This document shows, piece by piece, positions 48,501-59,175 of a DNA stretch of 64,000 nt. The position numbers were made by a program, and so were the translations under genes. The notes under the pieces are model-generated. The model was not told the origin of the DNA and did not search any database. It was given only the letters and a program-made list of their open reading frames with translations. Within the stretch, counting starts at the first letter, position 1, and each line of letters starts with the position of its first letter. The stretch lies in contig CAVVXN010000005.1 in assembly GCA_963752285.1 (NCBI GenBank), positions 1,760,001 to 1,824,000 of the forward strand. Direction: 5' to 3'. Origin of the DNA: an uncultured Planctomycetota bacterium. GTDB lineage: Bacteria > Planctomycetota > PLA2 > JAEUHO01.

Positions 48501-48897
48501 CGCGGCGGGGCTCGCCAAGGTCGCCACCTGGACGAAGGAGGCCGTGTCGTATCTCGCCAACCGAGACCAACCGCTCACCTCGGCAGGGCCCCGGGCGACC
48601 CCACAGCCCACCGAGCCCCGGACTCCGCGCCGGGCCAGTCTCGGCATCGTGCCCGCCTACGGGGGCGAGGCCCAGGGACCGGGCGTGGCGGTGGAGGATG
48701 TCCTGGCCGGGTCCGCCGCCGCCGAGGCGGGAATCCTCGCCGGAGACGTGCTGCTGGCGCTCGACGGCCAGTCGATCCCAGACCTGAAGGCGCTGAGCGA
48801 CGCACTGAGGCGTCACGCACCGGGCGATCGCGTCCGCGTGACGCTCGCGCGGAAGGGCGAGGAGATCGAGCTCGCCGCGACCCTCAAGGCGAGATGA
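45532..48897 (+). CDS. Secreted multidomain peptidase: M1-like + M28 + PDZ
   Basis: HEILHNWWG...WCEG (M1), GAHYDHLG, GADDNASG, GEEWGL, NLDTVG, DYHRPTD (M28), C-terminal PDZ (GILAGDVLL). Confidence 0.88.
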   Translation: MAGLGCLFLVAGLAAGPTGAGPDPKADVASAHHDLAVRIEPAGHQIEATDRFTWRGARPSDGSPLSLVLNADLRLEAGEAGWTVVASGNESPGAVPRRAWSVAPADGKWPSEVVVPLRWSGRIHRPPASSGEEYARSFATSPGTIGEEGVALTGASAWVPRVGDEFLTFRLDVDLPAGWDAVSQGRREEVDAGAGRHRVAWNSVHPMEEIYLVANRFTRYTRTAGAVVAEAYLLGPDAGLAGKYLDATASYLDMYRRLIGPYPFAKFALVENFWETGYGMPSFTLLGPQVIRLPFILTSSYPHEILHNWWGNSVYVDAATGNWCEGLTAYEADHLIREGQGRGAEYRRDTLKKYRNYVHGARDFPLSEFLSRHSGATEAIGYGKSLMVFHMMRRRLGDARFTNALQAFYRDRIWHEASWDDLAHAFSAAAGEDLSAWVAAWVRRAGAPVLSVEAHPRDRGVRIVVRQTQAEEPWPLSVPVAVTVEGRADAVVSEVSMTGREASVDLELPGRAVRVDLDPEFDVFRRLDLAETPATLSELFGAEKVSIVLPAEGKDPLAAAWRPFAKTWATGAGGQVEVVVEDAIQALPADRAVWVLGATNRWREALADPVARHGGSWTDERMDFSETQVERGRHATVLCVRRPQHPELAIGWVSADDPAALPGLARKLPHYGKYSWLAFTGSEPENVAKGEWSASSSPMVVALEKDAGGHVPARGALPERAPLARVAPVFDGETLLASVRALADPTMEGRGVGTSGLAKAEAWVAHAFAEAGLSPGGGDGTFLQEFVVPDGPDGVPVKLANVVGVIPGTDPALRAAPVVLGAHYDHLGRGWPDVHGGDQGKIHPGADDNASGVAVVIAVARSLVKEGPLRRPVVCVAFSGEEWGLKGSRYLVAHPGTLDVDRALAMVNLDTVGRLGDAKLLVLGTSSATEWRHVAMGIGYTTGVESTCVPDDPQGSDQVAFAENGIPAVQLFTGAHADYHRPTDTIDKIDAAGLAKVATWTKEAVSYLANRDQPLTSAGPRATPQPTEPRTPRRASLGIVPAYGGEAQGPGVAVEDVLAGSAAAEAGILAGDVLLALDGQSIPDLKALSDALRRHAPGDRVRVTLARKGEEIELAATLKAR

Positions 48898-48909
48898 CAC
48901 GCACGTCCA

Positions 48910-49713
48910 TCACGTGTGCGGAGCAAGGCTCTCGAGGATTCGAGGCACGGCCTCACCGAAGATCGACCGCAACTCGGCCTCGTGGACGGCACCGGCCGCG
49001 GGGCCCTCGTCCCTCAGCCGGCGCCCGAGGACGAACGCAGGCGTGAGCGGCCCGCCCCGGCCGATCTCACGAGCGAGGGCCTTCCCCTTCGGCAGGATCA
49101 GGCCGTCCCGCCAGTAGGCGAGTGACCGCGCCGCCCAGTGGAGCATCCCGGCCATCCAGACGGAGGACGGGCGCGCCGAGAGCTCCAACCGGTCGAGATC
49201 GTGACGGAGCTGTGCGCGCAGAGCTCGATCGGAAGGAGGGGCCACGGTGAGCCGCGGACCGAGGATGCGGATCCCGTGGAGCGCGAGGAGAAGCCGGTCG
49301 AACGGCTCGAGGCCCGCGTCTGCCACCTCCACGACGCCCATCGCCCCCAGCTGCCAGCCGCGCCCGCGCCCGTCGGCGCCACGGAGCAGGTCGGCGCTGA
49401 CACACATCCCCTCGACGAGCTGCGGAGACGACCACCCGGACTCGTGGTGGACGACGAACCGCTCGTAGAGCTCCACTTGCGCCAGCGCGAGGGCCTCGAC
49501 CTCCGCGGGCACGAGTCCACGGGTGAGCGCCACGCCGACGTCCACGTCACTCCAGCGGGGCGCGAACTCGCCGAGCGCAACGCCGCCGTAGAGGCGCACG
49601 CCGTACAGCGCGTCGCCCACGACTTCGCGGAGACGATCCACCCACGCCCGCAGGACGGCGCCCACGCTCGGCGGGAGGCTGGGATCTGCCATCTCTCCGA
49701 CGGGATCGTTCAT
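48910..49713 (-). CDS. Nucleotidyltransferase-fold protein (aminoglycoside adenylyltransferase-like)
   Basis: LYGGVALGEFAPRWSDVD motif; ATG 49713 overlaps the HNH gene stop. Confidence 0.7.
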   Translation of the reverse strand: MNDPVGEMADPSLPPSVGAVLRAWVDRLREVVGDALYGVRLYGGVALGEFAPRWSDVDVGVALTRGLVPAEVEALALAQVELYERFVVHHESGWSSPQLVEGMCVSADLLRGADGRGRGWQLGAMGVVEVADAGLEPFDRLLLALHGIRILGPRLTVAPPSDRALRAQLRHDLDRLELSARPSSVWMAGMLHWAARSLAYWRDGLILPKGKALAREIGRGGPLTPAFVLGRRLRDEGPAAGAVHEAELRSIFGEAVPRILESLAPHT

Positions 49714-50930
49714 GGGACCCGCGACGCCCGGGCCCGACGCGCATCCGGGCGACGTCCCCCGAACGCGTGCGCACGCGCGCGGTCGCGAACGAGTCCCGTG
49801 CCGCGGATCTCGTCGTGCCGGGCCGCATCCGGGTCGTCCACGGGCTCGCACTTCGAGCCGATGGGGCCCACGGAACGATCCGAGAGCGCCTGCCCGCCCG
49901 CCGGCGCGGGCGCCTCGGGGCGGGTCTGCGCGGGAAGCGGAAGCCAGCTCGCGGGCGCATCGGGGTGAAGGACTTCTCCGCGATCCGTCTGGTAGACGAG
50001 ACGACCCTCCGGGGTCCTTCCGATCACCGAGAGCTTGCCGGCGTCCTGGAGCACGTGGTGAGGGAAGCAGGGCTGTCCGAGGTTCTCGACCTCCTGCGAC
50101 CCGCCCTCGCGGAATGGCACGGTGTGCGCGATCTGCAGCCAGATCCCGTTCGTGCACCCCGGGACGCTGCAGCGATCACCGTAGAGCCCCCGGATCTCAC
50201 GCCGCGTCGCGGCCGAGACCGTCCGGTTCGGCGGCCACCGCTCGAACACGGGCAGCCGACGGGTCCCCGTTCCTTGCTTCGAGCGCAGAGGGTCTTTCTC
50301 GGCCAGATAGAGGGTGAGCACCGCCTCCAACGTGGCTTCACGCGAGAGCATCATTCGCGCCCGCCGAGAGGCGACGACCTGCGCCCGCTCGAACGAGTAC
50401 ACGAGCTCGGGCCGCAGGTAGAAGGTCATTCCTCGCAGGGCTGGAGTCCGCTGCTCGATCTCTGCCACCCGCTCGCGTGCCTCGTCCTCGAGGCGAGTCG
50501 GCGGGGCCTTCACCGCCCGCTCCACCCAGTCGGTCTTCGCGTCGGCACCGTTCATCCGGAGGAACACCCGCCCCGACGTGGCGGCGCCCTCGAACGTCAG
50601 CTTCCCCCCACGGAGAAGCGGCTCGACACGCTCGTCCACCGCGAGGGCCACGCCCACGTGGAGGAGGGCGCGGGCGCGACGGCGGTCCAGACCGAGCCGC
50701 CGCCCGTACTCCTCCAGGGTCACGCAGCTCTCCGCCGTGTAGGCGCGCTTCCGCCACAGGTCGAGGAACCGGCGCGCGAGACGGATCTCACAATCGAGCA
50801 GGTTCGCGGCCTCCTGCCGCGCGGCCGCGAGGCCGGGCCCATCCTCCGTCATCCGCACGACCCGACGGTCCGCGCGGATCTCTCGCGGCGGCGCGGGCGG
50901 CAGGTCCGGCGGGAGCGTGCGATCGATCAT
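49710..50930 (-). CDS. HNH endonuclease-domain protein (DUF222-like architecture)
   Basis: C-terminal DRCSVPGC...QIAHTVP...GG...NL...CFPHH after a helical N-terminal region; start uncertain. Confidence 0.75.
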   Translation of the reverse strand: MIDRTLPPDLPPAPPREIRADRRVVRMTEDGPGLAAARQEAANLLDCEIRLARRFLDLWRKRAYTAESCVTLEEYGRRLGLDRRRARALLHVGVALAVDERVEPLLRGGKLTFEGAATSGRVFLRMNGADAKTDWVERAVKAPPTRLEDEARERVAEIEQRTPALRGMTFYLRPELVYSFERAQVVASRRARMMLSREATLEAVLTLYLAEKDPLRSKQGTGTRRLPVFERWPPNRTVSAATRREIRGLYGDRCSVPGCTNGIWLQIAHTVPFREGGSQEVENLGQPCFPHHVLQDAGKLSVIGRTPEGRLVYQTDRGEVLHPDAPASWLPLPAQTRPEAPAPAGGQALSDRSVGPIGSKCEPVDDPDAARHDEIRGTGLVRDRARAHAFGGRRPDARRARASRVP

Positions 50931-51030
50931 CTCGAACTACAAGCTAACCACCCCCACCGACACCCTCCCGGCTCCCCTGCTGCCCGCGCCCCGCCCGTTG
51001 TGGGACCAAAGCCCCTCAACTGCCGTGCCC

Positions 51031-51954
51031 TCAGCGCCCTCCGAGCAGGGTGACGAGCACGGCCTTCTGCACGTGGAGGCGGTTCTCCGCCTCGTCGAGC
51101 ACCACGGACCGCGGCCCGTCGAGCACCTCGTCGGTCACCTCCTCGCCCCGGTGCGCGGGGAGGCAGTGCATCACGATCGCGTCCGATCGCGCCCCGCGCA
51201 GCAGCGACTCGTTCACCTGGAAGCCCGCGAACGCGGCGCGGCGCGCCCGAGCCTCCTCCTCCTGTCCCATGCTCGTCCACGTGTCCGTGACGACGACGTT
51301 CGCGCCCTCGACCGCGGCTCGCGGATCGGCGCACGTCTCGATCGAGGCCCCGCTCGCACGCGCGTCCTCGCGCGCCGCCGCGAGCACCGCGCCGTCCGGC
51401 TCGTAGCCGGGCGGGGTCGCCACGCGCATCTGCCCGCCGAGCTTCGCGAGGAGGTAGAGCAGCGAGTGACACACGTTGTTCCCGTCGCCGACCCAGGCCA
51501 CGGTGAGCGCGGAGGGTCGGCCGAAACGGTCGAGCATCGTCAGCCCGTCGGCCAGCGCCTGACATGGATGCAGGAGGTCCGTGAGGCCGTTGACCACCGG
51601 TACGGTGCCCGCCGACGCGAGCTCCAGCACCGTGTCGTGCGCGAACGTACGCGCCATGATCCCATTCACGTACCGAGACAGTACGCGCGCCGTGTCGCCC
51701 ACGGTCTCGCCGCGCCCGAGTTGCATGTCGTTCCGGTTGAGGACCACGGCACGACCGCCGAGCTGCCCCATCCCGGTCTCGAACGAGACGCGCGTCCGCG
51801 TGGACGGCTTCTCGAAGATCATCGCCAGGGTCTTCCCCTCGAGCACACGGTGCGCCTCGCCGGCGCGAAGTCGGGACCGCAAGTCGCGCGCCAGATCGAA
51901 GACCGACTCGATCTCCTCCCGCGCCAGGTCGTGAACCGAGATCAAGTGCTCCAT
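51031..51954 (-). CDS. argF: Ornithine carbamoyltransferase
   Basis: FEKPSTRTRVSF, HPCQALAD, GDGNNV, DTWTSMG, MHCLPAHRG, AENRLH. Confidence 0.96.
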   Translation of the reverse strand: MEHLISVHDLAREEIESVFDLARDLRSRLRAGEAHRVLEGKTLAMIFEKPSTRTRVSFETGMGQLGGRAVVLNRNDMQLGRGETVGDTARVLSRYVNGIMARTFAHDTVLELASAGTVPVVNGLTDLLHPCQALADGLTMLDRFGRPSALTVAWVGDGNNVCHSLLYLLAKLGGQMRVATPPGYEPDGAVLAAAREDARASGASIETCADPRAAVEGANVVVTDTWTSMGQEEEARARRAAFAGFQVNESLLRGARSDAIVMHCLPAHRGEEVTDEVLDGPRSVVLDEAENRLHVQKAVLVTLLGGR

Positions 51955-52014
51955 GTCGCATGCCCTCCGTGGACCGCGCGCCCGTCGTTCACAGCGCCGC
52001 GATCGAGGCGCCCG

Positions 52015-52998
52015 TCAGAGCTTGCCGACGAAGTGCGTCCCGGCCCGTCCCTCCATGGCGTCCGGCAGATGCGCAGGGCTGGTGATCAGCCCCCGCTTGC
52101 CTCCGGCGCGCAGGAAGCGGCGGATCGCATCCACCTTCGGCCCCATGCTGCCCGGGGGGAAGTGGCCCTCGCCGACGTACGTCTCGATCTCCTCCAGGGT
52201 GACGGCGTTCAACGCGCGTTGCCGCGCGGTCCCGTAGTGCAGGTACACGTTCGGGACGTCGGACAGGATGATCAGGAACTCCGCGCCGATCTCGCTGCCC
52301 AGCAGGCTCGCCGTGAGATCCTTGTCGAGCACGGCCTCGACGCCCACGTAGTCTCCGGCGGCGTCCTTCACGATCGGGACGCCCCCGCCGCCGCCCGCGA
52401 TCACGATGTGCCCCTGCCGGGCGGCGTCCCGGATCATCCAGCGCTGCACGACCCTCTTCGGGTCGGGCGAGGGCACGACGCGACGCCAGCCCCGCCCCTT
52501 CTGCTCGCGCACGATCCAACCGAGGTCCCGGGCCCGCTGCTCCGCAGTCTCCAGGGACAGGAACGGACCGATCGGCTTCGTCGGCTTCTGGAACGCCGGG
52601 TCCGCGGGGTCCACCAACACCTGCGTCACGACCGTGACCACGTAGCGCTGGATGCGCTGGGTCCTCAGCCGATTGAGCAGGGCCTGCTGCAGGATGTACC
52701 CGAGGCTCCCCTCGGTCTCCGCGACGAGCACGTCCATCGGCCAGGCCGGGACCTCTCCCTCGGCCAGCTCGTTCTTGATGAGCTGGTTTCCCACCTGCGG
52801 CCCGTTGCCGTGCGTGATGACGAGGTTGTACCCGCGGCCCACGAGCACCATCAGGTGCTCGCAGATCTCGGCGGCGTTCCGATGGTGCTGGGCGACGTCA
52901 CCGACCTCGCCCGGCTTCATGAACGCGTGCCCCCCCATCGCGACGATCGCGATCGGCCGCTTCTTCGCCTGCGCCTGCGCTTCGCGCGTGGGCTCCAT
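52015..52998 (-). CDS. arcC: Carbamate kinase
   Basis: AMGGHA, THGNGPQVG, PTKPIGPF, WRRVVPSP, GGGGVP, EAVLDKD, GSMGPKV; ATG 52998. Confidence 0.93.
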   Translation of the reverse strand: MEPTREAQAQAKKRPIAIVAMGGHAFMKPGEVGDVAQHHRNAAEICEHLMVLVGRGYNLVITHGNGPQVGNQLIKNELAEGEVPAWPMDVLVAETEGSLGYILQQALLNRLRTQRIQRYVVTVVTQVLVDPADPAFQKPTKPIGPFLSLETAEQRARDLGWIVREQKGRGWRRVVPSPDPKRVVQRWMIRDAARQGHIVIAGGGGGVPIVKDAAGDYVGVEAVLDKDLTASLLGSEIGAEFLIILSDVPNVYLHYGTARQRALNAVTLEEIETYVGEGHFPPGSMGPKVDAIRRFLRAGGKRGLITSPAHLPDAMEGRAGTHFVGKL

Positions 52999-53102
52999 CG
53001 GCCTCCGCTTCTCCTCCGCCCCAGGCGGAGGGAGAGGGGGCATTCTCGGCGCCCGCGCGGCGCCCGCCAGAGAACACCCCGGCGCGTCCGACCGCGCCCC
53101 CG

Positions 53103-54773
53103 CTACCGTTTCTCGAGCCGGCGGTCGACCACCTCGAGGAGGGCCGCCTCGCGGCGGAGGGCCTCCCGCCGGAGCACCGCGGCGCGCTCGAGGAAACCGT
53201 CGCGCGCCGCCACGTCCTTCAGGCCCTGCGCGTTGATGCGCACGTTGAGCTCCGCCCCGAGGACGGCCGTCCGGGCCGCCAGGCCCCCCACCCCCACGTC
53301 GGAGATCGACGCGCCGAGGCCCCGCTCGGCCACGAGGTCCAGCACGTCGAACGAGGCGACCGCCACCTCCATCACCCGAAGCGGCACCTCGATCGCTCGC
53401 GTCGTCGCGCGCTGGATCGCGGCGGACCGTTCCTCGGCGGGCGCCTTCCATGCCGCGACGATGCCTTCGAACGCGCGGGTGTCCTCGTCCACCAGGTCCA
53501 CGAGCTCCGCCCAGCAGGCCTTCCCGCGCTCCGCGAGGTCGGAGAACTCCCGCCAGCGGTCGTCCCAGCCGCGCCTGTGGGCGGACAGGTTCGCGACCAT
53601 CGCCCCCAGCGCGGCGCCGAGCGCGCCCACGGCGGCGCTCACCGACCCGCCGCCGGGCGCCGGCGCCTCCGAGGCGGTCGTCTCGACGAAGTCCCCGAGC
53701 GTCAGGTCCGCGAGCCGTCGGGCGCCCCGGTCTCGGATCGCGTACTCGACGATACGCTGTTCCGCTTCGAACGGTTCGAGCTCGCCGAGCCCCATGCTCC
53801 GGACGGCGATCCGCACGAGTTCCCGATCGGAGACGCCGATCGACCGGTGCTGCTTCTCCAGGAAGTAGCGACCCGCGTCGAGCATCGCGCGCAGCGGGAC
53901 GAGGCCCACCAGCTCCGCACCGGTCACGCGGACGCCCCGCGCCTCGGCCCGACGGCACACCTCCTCGAAGGCCACGTGCACGGGGGTGATCGAGAGATCG
54001 GTCAGGTTCATCGAGATCTGGCAGATCCCGTACTCCTCGATGTACCAGCCGATCGCCTTCACGGCCCGCAGCGACCCCGGCTCCCACACGGGTTGCCCCT
54101 TCGCGTCCTTCACCACCGCGCCCGTGAGCGGCGGGTCCCGCTTCACGCGCCCGCGCTCGCGCACGTCGAACGCGATCGCGTTCGCCCGGCGCGTGGACGT
54201 GGTGTTCAGGTTCGCGTTGAAGGCGACGAGGAAGTCCCGGGCGCCCACCGCGGTCGCGCCGGTCCGCGCGGAGAAGGCCCGGGGCCCGTAGTCGGGCGCC
54301 CACGCCGGGTCGGCGAGGCGCTTCTCGAGCCCCTCGTACTCGCCCGCGCGCACGTCGGCGAGGCTCCTGCGCTCGGGACGCGTCGCCGCACGCTCGTAGC
54401 AGAACACCGTCAGCCCCACCTCCTCGCCGAGGCGCCGGGCGAGGCGGTGGGCCCACGCGATGGTCTCCTCCATCGTGATGCCCGACACCGGGACCAGTGG
54501 ACACACGTCGAGGCCCCCGAACCGGGGGTGCTCTCCCTGGTGTCGCCGCATGTCGATCCGCTCCGCGGCCACGCGCGCGGTACGGACCGCGGCCTCGACG
54601 ACGGCCTCGGGCGCCCCGACGAACGTGACCACGGTGCGGTTCGTCGCCCGGCCCGCGTCGACGCCGAGGAGGTGGACGCCCTCCACCGACTGGACCGCCC
54701 GCCGGATCCCGTCGAGGGTCTCCTCGTCCCGTCCCTCGCTGAAGTTGGGGACGCACTCCAAGAGCGGGGTCAT
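53103..54773 (-). CDS. ftcd: Glutamate formimidoyltransferase-cyclodeaminase
   Basis: ECVPNFSEG, IDMRRHQGEHPR, RAGEYEGL, QISMNL, APAPGGGSVSA; ATG 54773. Confidence 0.93.
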   Translation of the reverse strand: MTPLLECVPNFSEGRDEETLDGIRRAVQSVEGVHLLGVDAGRATNRTVVTFVGAPEAVVEAAVRTARVAAERIDMRRHQGEHPRFGGLDVCPLVPVSGITMEETIAWAHRLARRLGEEVGLTVFCYERAATRPERRSLADVRAGEYEGLEKRLADPAWAPDYGPRAFSARTGATAVGARDFLVAFNANLNTTSTRRANAIAFDVRERGRVKRDPPLTGAVVKDAKGQPVWEPGSLRAVKAIGWYIEEYGICQISMNLTDLSITPVHVAFEEVCRRAEARGVRVTGAELVGLVPLRAMLDAGRYFLEKQHRSIGVSDRELVRIAVRSMGLGELEPFEAEQRIVEYAIRDRGARRLADLTLGDFVETTASEAPAPGGGSVSAAVGALGAALGAMVANLSAHRRGWDDRWREFSDLAERGKACWAELVDLVDEDTRAFEGIVAAWKAPAEERSAAIQRATTRAIEVPLRVMEVAVASFDVLDLVAERGLGASISDVGVGGLAARTAVLGAELNVRINAQGLKDVAARDGFLERAAVLRREALRREAALLEVVDRRLEKR

Positions 54774-54923
54774 CGCGCCTCCTCCCGACCGCCGAGGGCC
54801 CCTTCGGGAGCGCCCGCACGTCGGGCCCACGCTACGGGACGCCAGGGCGCCGCGAAGCCCCGGCCAGGGCGGACCGGCGCTCCGACGCCCCGGACCGGCC
54901 GGTCTTCCCGAGACAGGGCCCGC

Positions 54924-54948
54924 ATATCGGACTAAACTCGTCTTGATT
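54924..54948. promoter_or_regulatory. AT-rich imperfect inverted repeat, candidate Rrf2 operator of the suf operon
   Basis: ATATCGGAC-TAAACTC-GTCTTGATT immediately upstream of the Rrf2 ATG. Confidence 0.5.
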
Positions 54949-54960
54949 CGCGAGGTCCCC

Positions 54961-55434
54961 ATGATCCGCATCACGCGCCTCACCGACTACGGCATCGTCC
55001 TGCTCTCGCGCTTCGTCGGCGAGGCGGACGACGCGGTCCTGTCCGCGCGCGAGCTCGCGGCCCAGAGCGGCATCCCGCTTCCGACGGTCTCCAAGATCCT
55101 GAAGACCCTGACGCGCGAGGGGCTGCTCGTCTCGCAGCGCGGGACGCAGGGGGGGTATCGCCTCGCGAAGGAACCCGTGGACATCACGGTCGCCGACATC
55201 ATCGCCGCGCTCGAGGGACCGATCGCCCTGACCGAGTGCGCGGACGCCGGCGGCGGCCTCTGCGAGATCGAGCTGACGTGCCCGATGCGAAGCAACTGGC
55301 AGCGCATCACCGACGCGATTCGAAGCGCCCTCGAGGCGATTCCCCTCCAGGACATGACGTTCCGGTTCCCGATCCAGGGATCGAAGCCCGAGATCGAGGC
55401 GATGTCCGACCTGGCCCCACCGCCCCGGGGCTGA
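54961..55434 (+). CDS. Rrf2-family SUF Fe-S assembly regulator
   Basis: [38 protein letters not shown]...C...C; first gene of the suf operon. Confidence 0.92.
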   Translation: MIRITRLTDYGIVLLSRFVGEADDAVLSARELAAQSGIPLPTVSKILKTLTREGLLVSQRGTQGGYRLAKEPVDITVADIIAALEGPIALTECADAGGGLCEIELTCPMRSNWQRITDAIRSALEAIPLQDMTFRFPIQGSKPEIEAMSDLAPPPRG

Positions 55435-55459
55435 GGGCCGAAGATCGAAGGACGTGGTC

Positions 55460-56911
<1,452 letters not shown>

Positions 56912-57037
56912 CCCGGCGCCCCGGTCGGGACCGGGCCCCGCCCGACTCCGGGACGCGGCCGGGACGCAGAGCGACGACGGCAGGACCGACGGCGAGCGCA
57001 CCACCCGAGAGCCCCCCATCCGGCGGACGAGGAACCG

Positions 57038-57850
57038 ATGACGACCCCCCCCGACGCGGCGAAGCCGAACGCGCCCTTCCTGCTCGAGATCCACGACCTC
57101 CACGCCGCCATCGGTGAGAAGCCGATCCTGCGCGGCATCGACCTGGAGGTCCGACCGGGCGAGGTCCACGCGATCATGGGCCCCAACGGGTCGGGCAAGA
57201 GCACGTTCGCGAAGGTGCTCGCGGGGAACGAGCAGGTCCGGGTGACCTCCGGCCTCTTGCGATATCGCGGCGAGGAGCTCCTCCCGCTCCCGGCCGAGGA
57301 GCGGGCGCGCCGGGGGATCTTCCTCGCGTTCCAGTACCCGGTGGAGATCCCGGGCGTCAGCAACGCCTACTTCCTCCGGGCGGGGCTCAACGCGATCCGG
57401 AAGCACCGCGGCGAGGAGGCGCTCGACGCGATGGACTTCCTCTCCCTGGTCCGGGAGCGCATGAAGCGGCTCCACATGGACCCCGCGCTCCTGGAGCGCG
57501 CCGTGAACGACGGCTTCAGCGGCGGCGAGAAGAAGCGCAACGAGGTCCTCCAGATGGCGATCCTCGAGCCGACCCTGGCCGTCCTCGACGAGACGGACTC
57601 CGGCCTCGACATCGACGCGCTGAAGATCGTGGCGCAGGGGGTGAACGACCTGCGGAGCCCCGATCGCGCCTTCGTGGTCGTGACGCACTACCAGCGCCTG
57701 CTCGACTACATCGTCCCCGACCAGGTCCACGTGCTCCACGCGGGCCGGATCGTCAAGACCGGCTGCGCCGAGCTGGCCCAGCGCCTCGAGGCGCAGGGGT
57801 ACGCCTGGCTCGAGGACGAGGTGAGCGCGGGCCACGCGGAGGTCTCGTGA
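57038..57850 (+). CDS. sufC: Fe-S cluster assembly ATPase SufC
   Basis: GPNGSGKST, FQYPVEIPGV, FSGGEKKRNE, LDETDSGLDIDAL, THYQRLL. Confidence 0.97.
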   Translation: MTTPPDAAKPNAPFLLEIHDLHAAIGEKPILRGIDLEVRPGEVHAIMGPNGSGKSTFAKVLAGNEQVRVTSGLLRYRGEELLPLPAEERARRGIFLAFQYPVEIPGVSNAYFLRAGLNAIRKHRGEEALDAMDFLSLVRERMKRLHMDPALLERAVNDGFSGGEKKRNEVLQMAILEPTLAVLDETDSGLDIDALKIVAQGVNDLRSPDRAFVVVTHYQRLLDYIVPDQVHVLHAGRIVKTGCAELAQRLEAQGYAWLEDEVSAGHAEVS

Positions 57851-59175
57851 CGACGGCGAACGCCCTCGCCGGCTGGCAGGCGGCCGCCGCGGTGCGCGCC
57901 GCGAGCCCCCAGCCCGAGTGGCTCGCGCGCGACCGGCGCGCGGCGCTCGACGCGTTCCTGAAGCAGGGACTTCCGACCCCGCGCGTCGAGGCGTGGCGCA
58001 CGACGAACCTCGCGGAGGTGGCGCGCACGCCCTGGACCGACGCGCCGCCGCCCGACGCCGGGACGCTCGATCGCGCGCGCCGTCTGCTCGATACCCTCCC
58101 CCTGCCGCCGGCCCGGACCGCGCGCCTCGTGCTCGTGAACGGACACGTCGCCCGCTCGCTCTCCGTCGCACCCCCGCACCCCGGCTTCCGCGTCGGGAGC
58201 CTCGCGCGCCGGGCGCCCACGCTCGAGGGACGGCTCGGCCGGCTTCTCTCGGTGTCGGACCACCCGTTCCAGGCACTGAACGCCGCGCTGTGGGCCGACG
58301 GCCTCCTCCTCGGGTTCGAGCCGGAGGCGCGGCCCGGGGCGCCCGTCCACGTGGTGTCCGTCGCGATCGGCGGGACGGACGCGCGCGCGGTCCATCCGCG
58401 TCTGCTCGTCCATGTCGACGACGGCGCCGAGGCGGGAATCCTCCTCACCTGGCTCGCCGAGTCCGACGGCCCCCTCCTCGTGAACGGGATGGCCGAGGTC
58501 TTCGTCGACGCGGGAGGGCGCCTCGACCTCCTCGAGATCGAGGCCCAGTCCCCGACGACCGCGCACGTGTGGAACGTCTCCGCGCGGCTCGGACGCGATG
58601 CCCGCCTCGCGCACACGCGCGTGGTCGGCGGCCTCGGCACCGGCCTCGGCGCGGGCCTCGCGCGTGCGGAGCTCGACGTACGGCTCGACGACGAGGGCGC
58701 CGAGGCGACGCTCGACGGGCTCCTGCTCGCCGATGGGACGCGGCACGTGGACGTCCAGACGCACATGGACCACGCCAAGCCGAACGGGACGAGCCGTCAG
58801 CTCTACAAGTGCATCCTCGCCGACCGCGCGACCACGGCGTTCGGCGGGCAGGTCCAGGTCCGCGCGGGCGCGCAGAAGACGAACGCGCGGCAGTCGAACC
58901 ACAACCTGCTGCTCTCCGACACGGCGGTCGCGGACGCAAAGCCGGAGCTCGAGATCCTGGCGGACGACGTGAAATGCGCCCACGGCGCGACCGTCGGCCA
59001 GCTCGACGAGGACGCGCTCTTCTACCTCCGGTCGCGCGGCATCGCGCCGGACGAGGCCCGCGCGATGCTCGTCCGGGCCTTCGCAGGCGAGGTGGCCGAC
59101 CGGGTCGGCCCCGAGGCGCTCCGGGAGCACGCCCGCGCGGTGGTCCGCGCGGCGCTCGCCGTGGGGGCGTGGTGA
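57847..59175 (+). CDS. sufD: Fe-S cluster assembly protein SufD
   Basis: EAWRTTNL, GAQKTNARQSNHNLLL, KPELEILADDVKCAHGATVGQLD..ALFYLRSRGI. Confidence 0.95.
   Translation: MTTANALAGWQAAAAVRAASPQPEWLARDRRAALDAFLKQGLPTPRVEAWRTTNLAEVARTPWTDAPPPDAGTLDRARRLLDTLPLPPARTARLVLVNGHVARSLSVAPPHPGFRVGSLARRAPTLEGRLGRLLSVSDHPFQALNAALWADGLLLGFEPEARPGAPVHVVSVAIGGTDARAVHPRLLVHVDDGAEAGILLTWLAESDGPLLVNGMAEVFVDAGGRLDLLEIEAQSPTTAHVWNVSARLGRDARLAHTRVVGGLGTGLGAGLARAELDVRLDDEGAEATLDGLLLADGTRHVDVQTHMDHAKPNGTSRQLYKCILADRATTAFGGQVQVRAGAQKTNARQSNHNLLLSDTAVADAKPELEILADDVKCAHGATVGQLDEDALFYLRSRGIAPDEARAMLVRAFAGEVADRVGPEALREHARAVVRAALAVGAW

Noticed and set aside
48910..49713. Bona fide aminoglycoside resistance gene
   Set aside because: Only the generic nucleotidyltransferase motif is recognisable; substrate cannot be assigned from sequence
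55423..55445. Further copy of repeat element A at the Rrf2 stop codon
   Set aside because: Only the short GGGGCTGAGGGCCGA left-arm-like context matches; no core and no right arm
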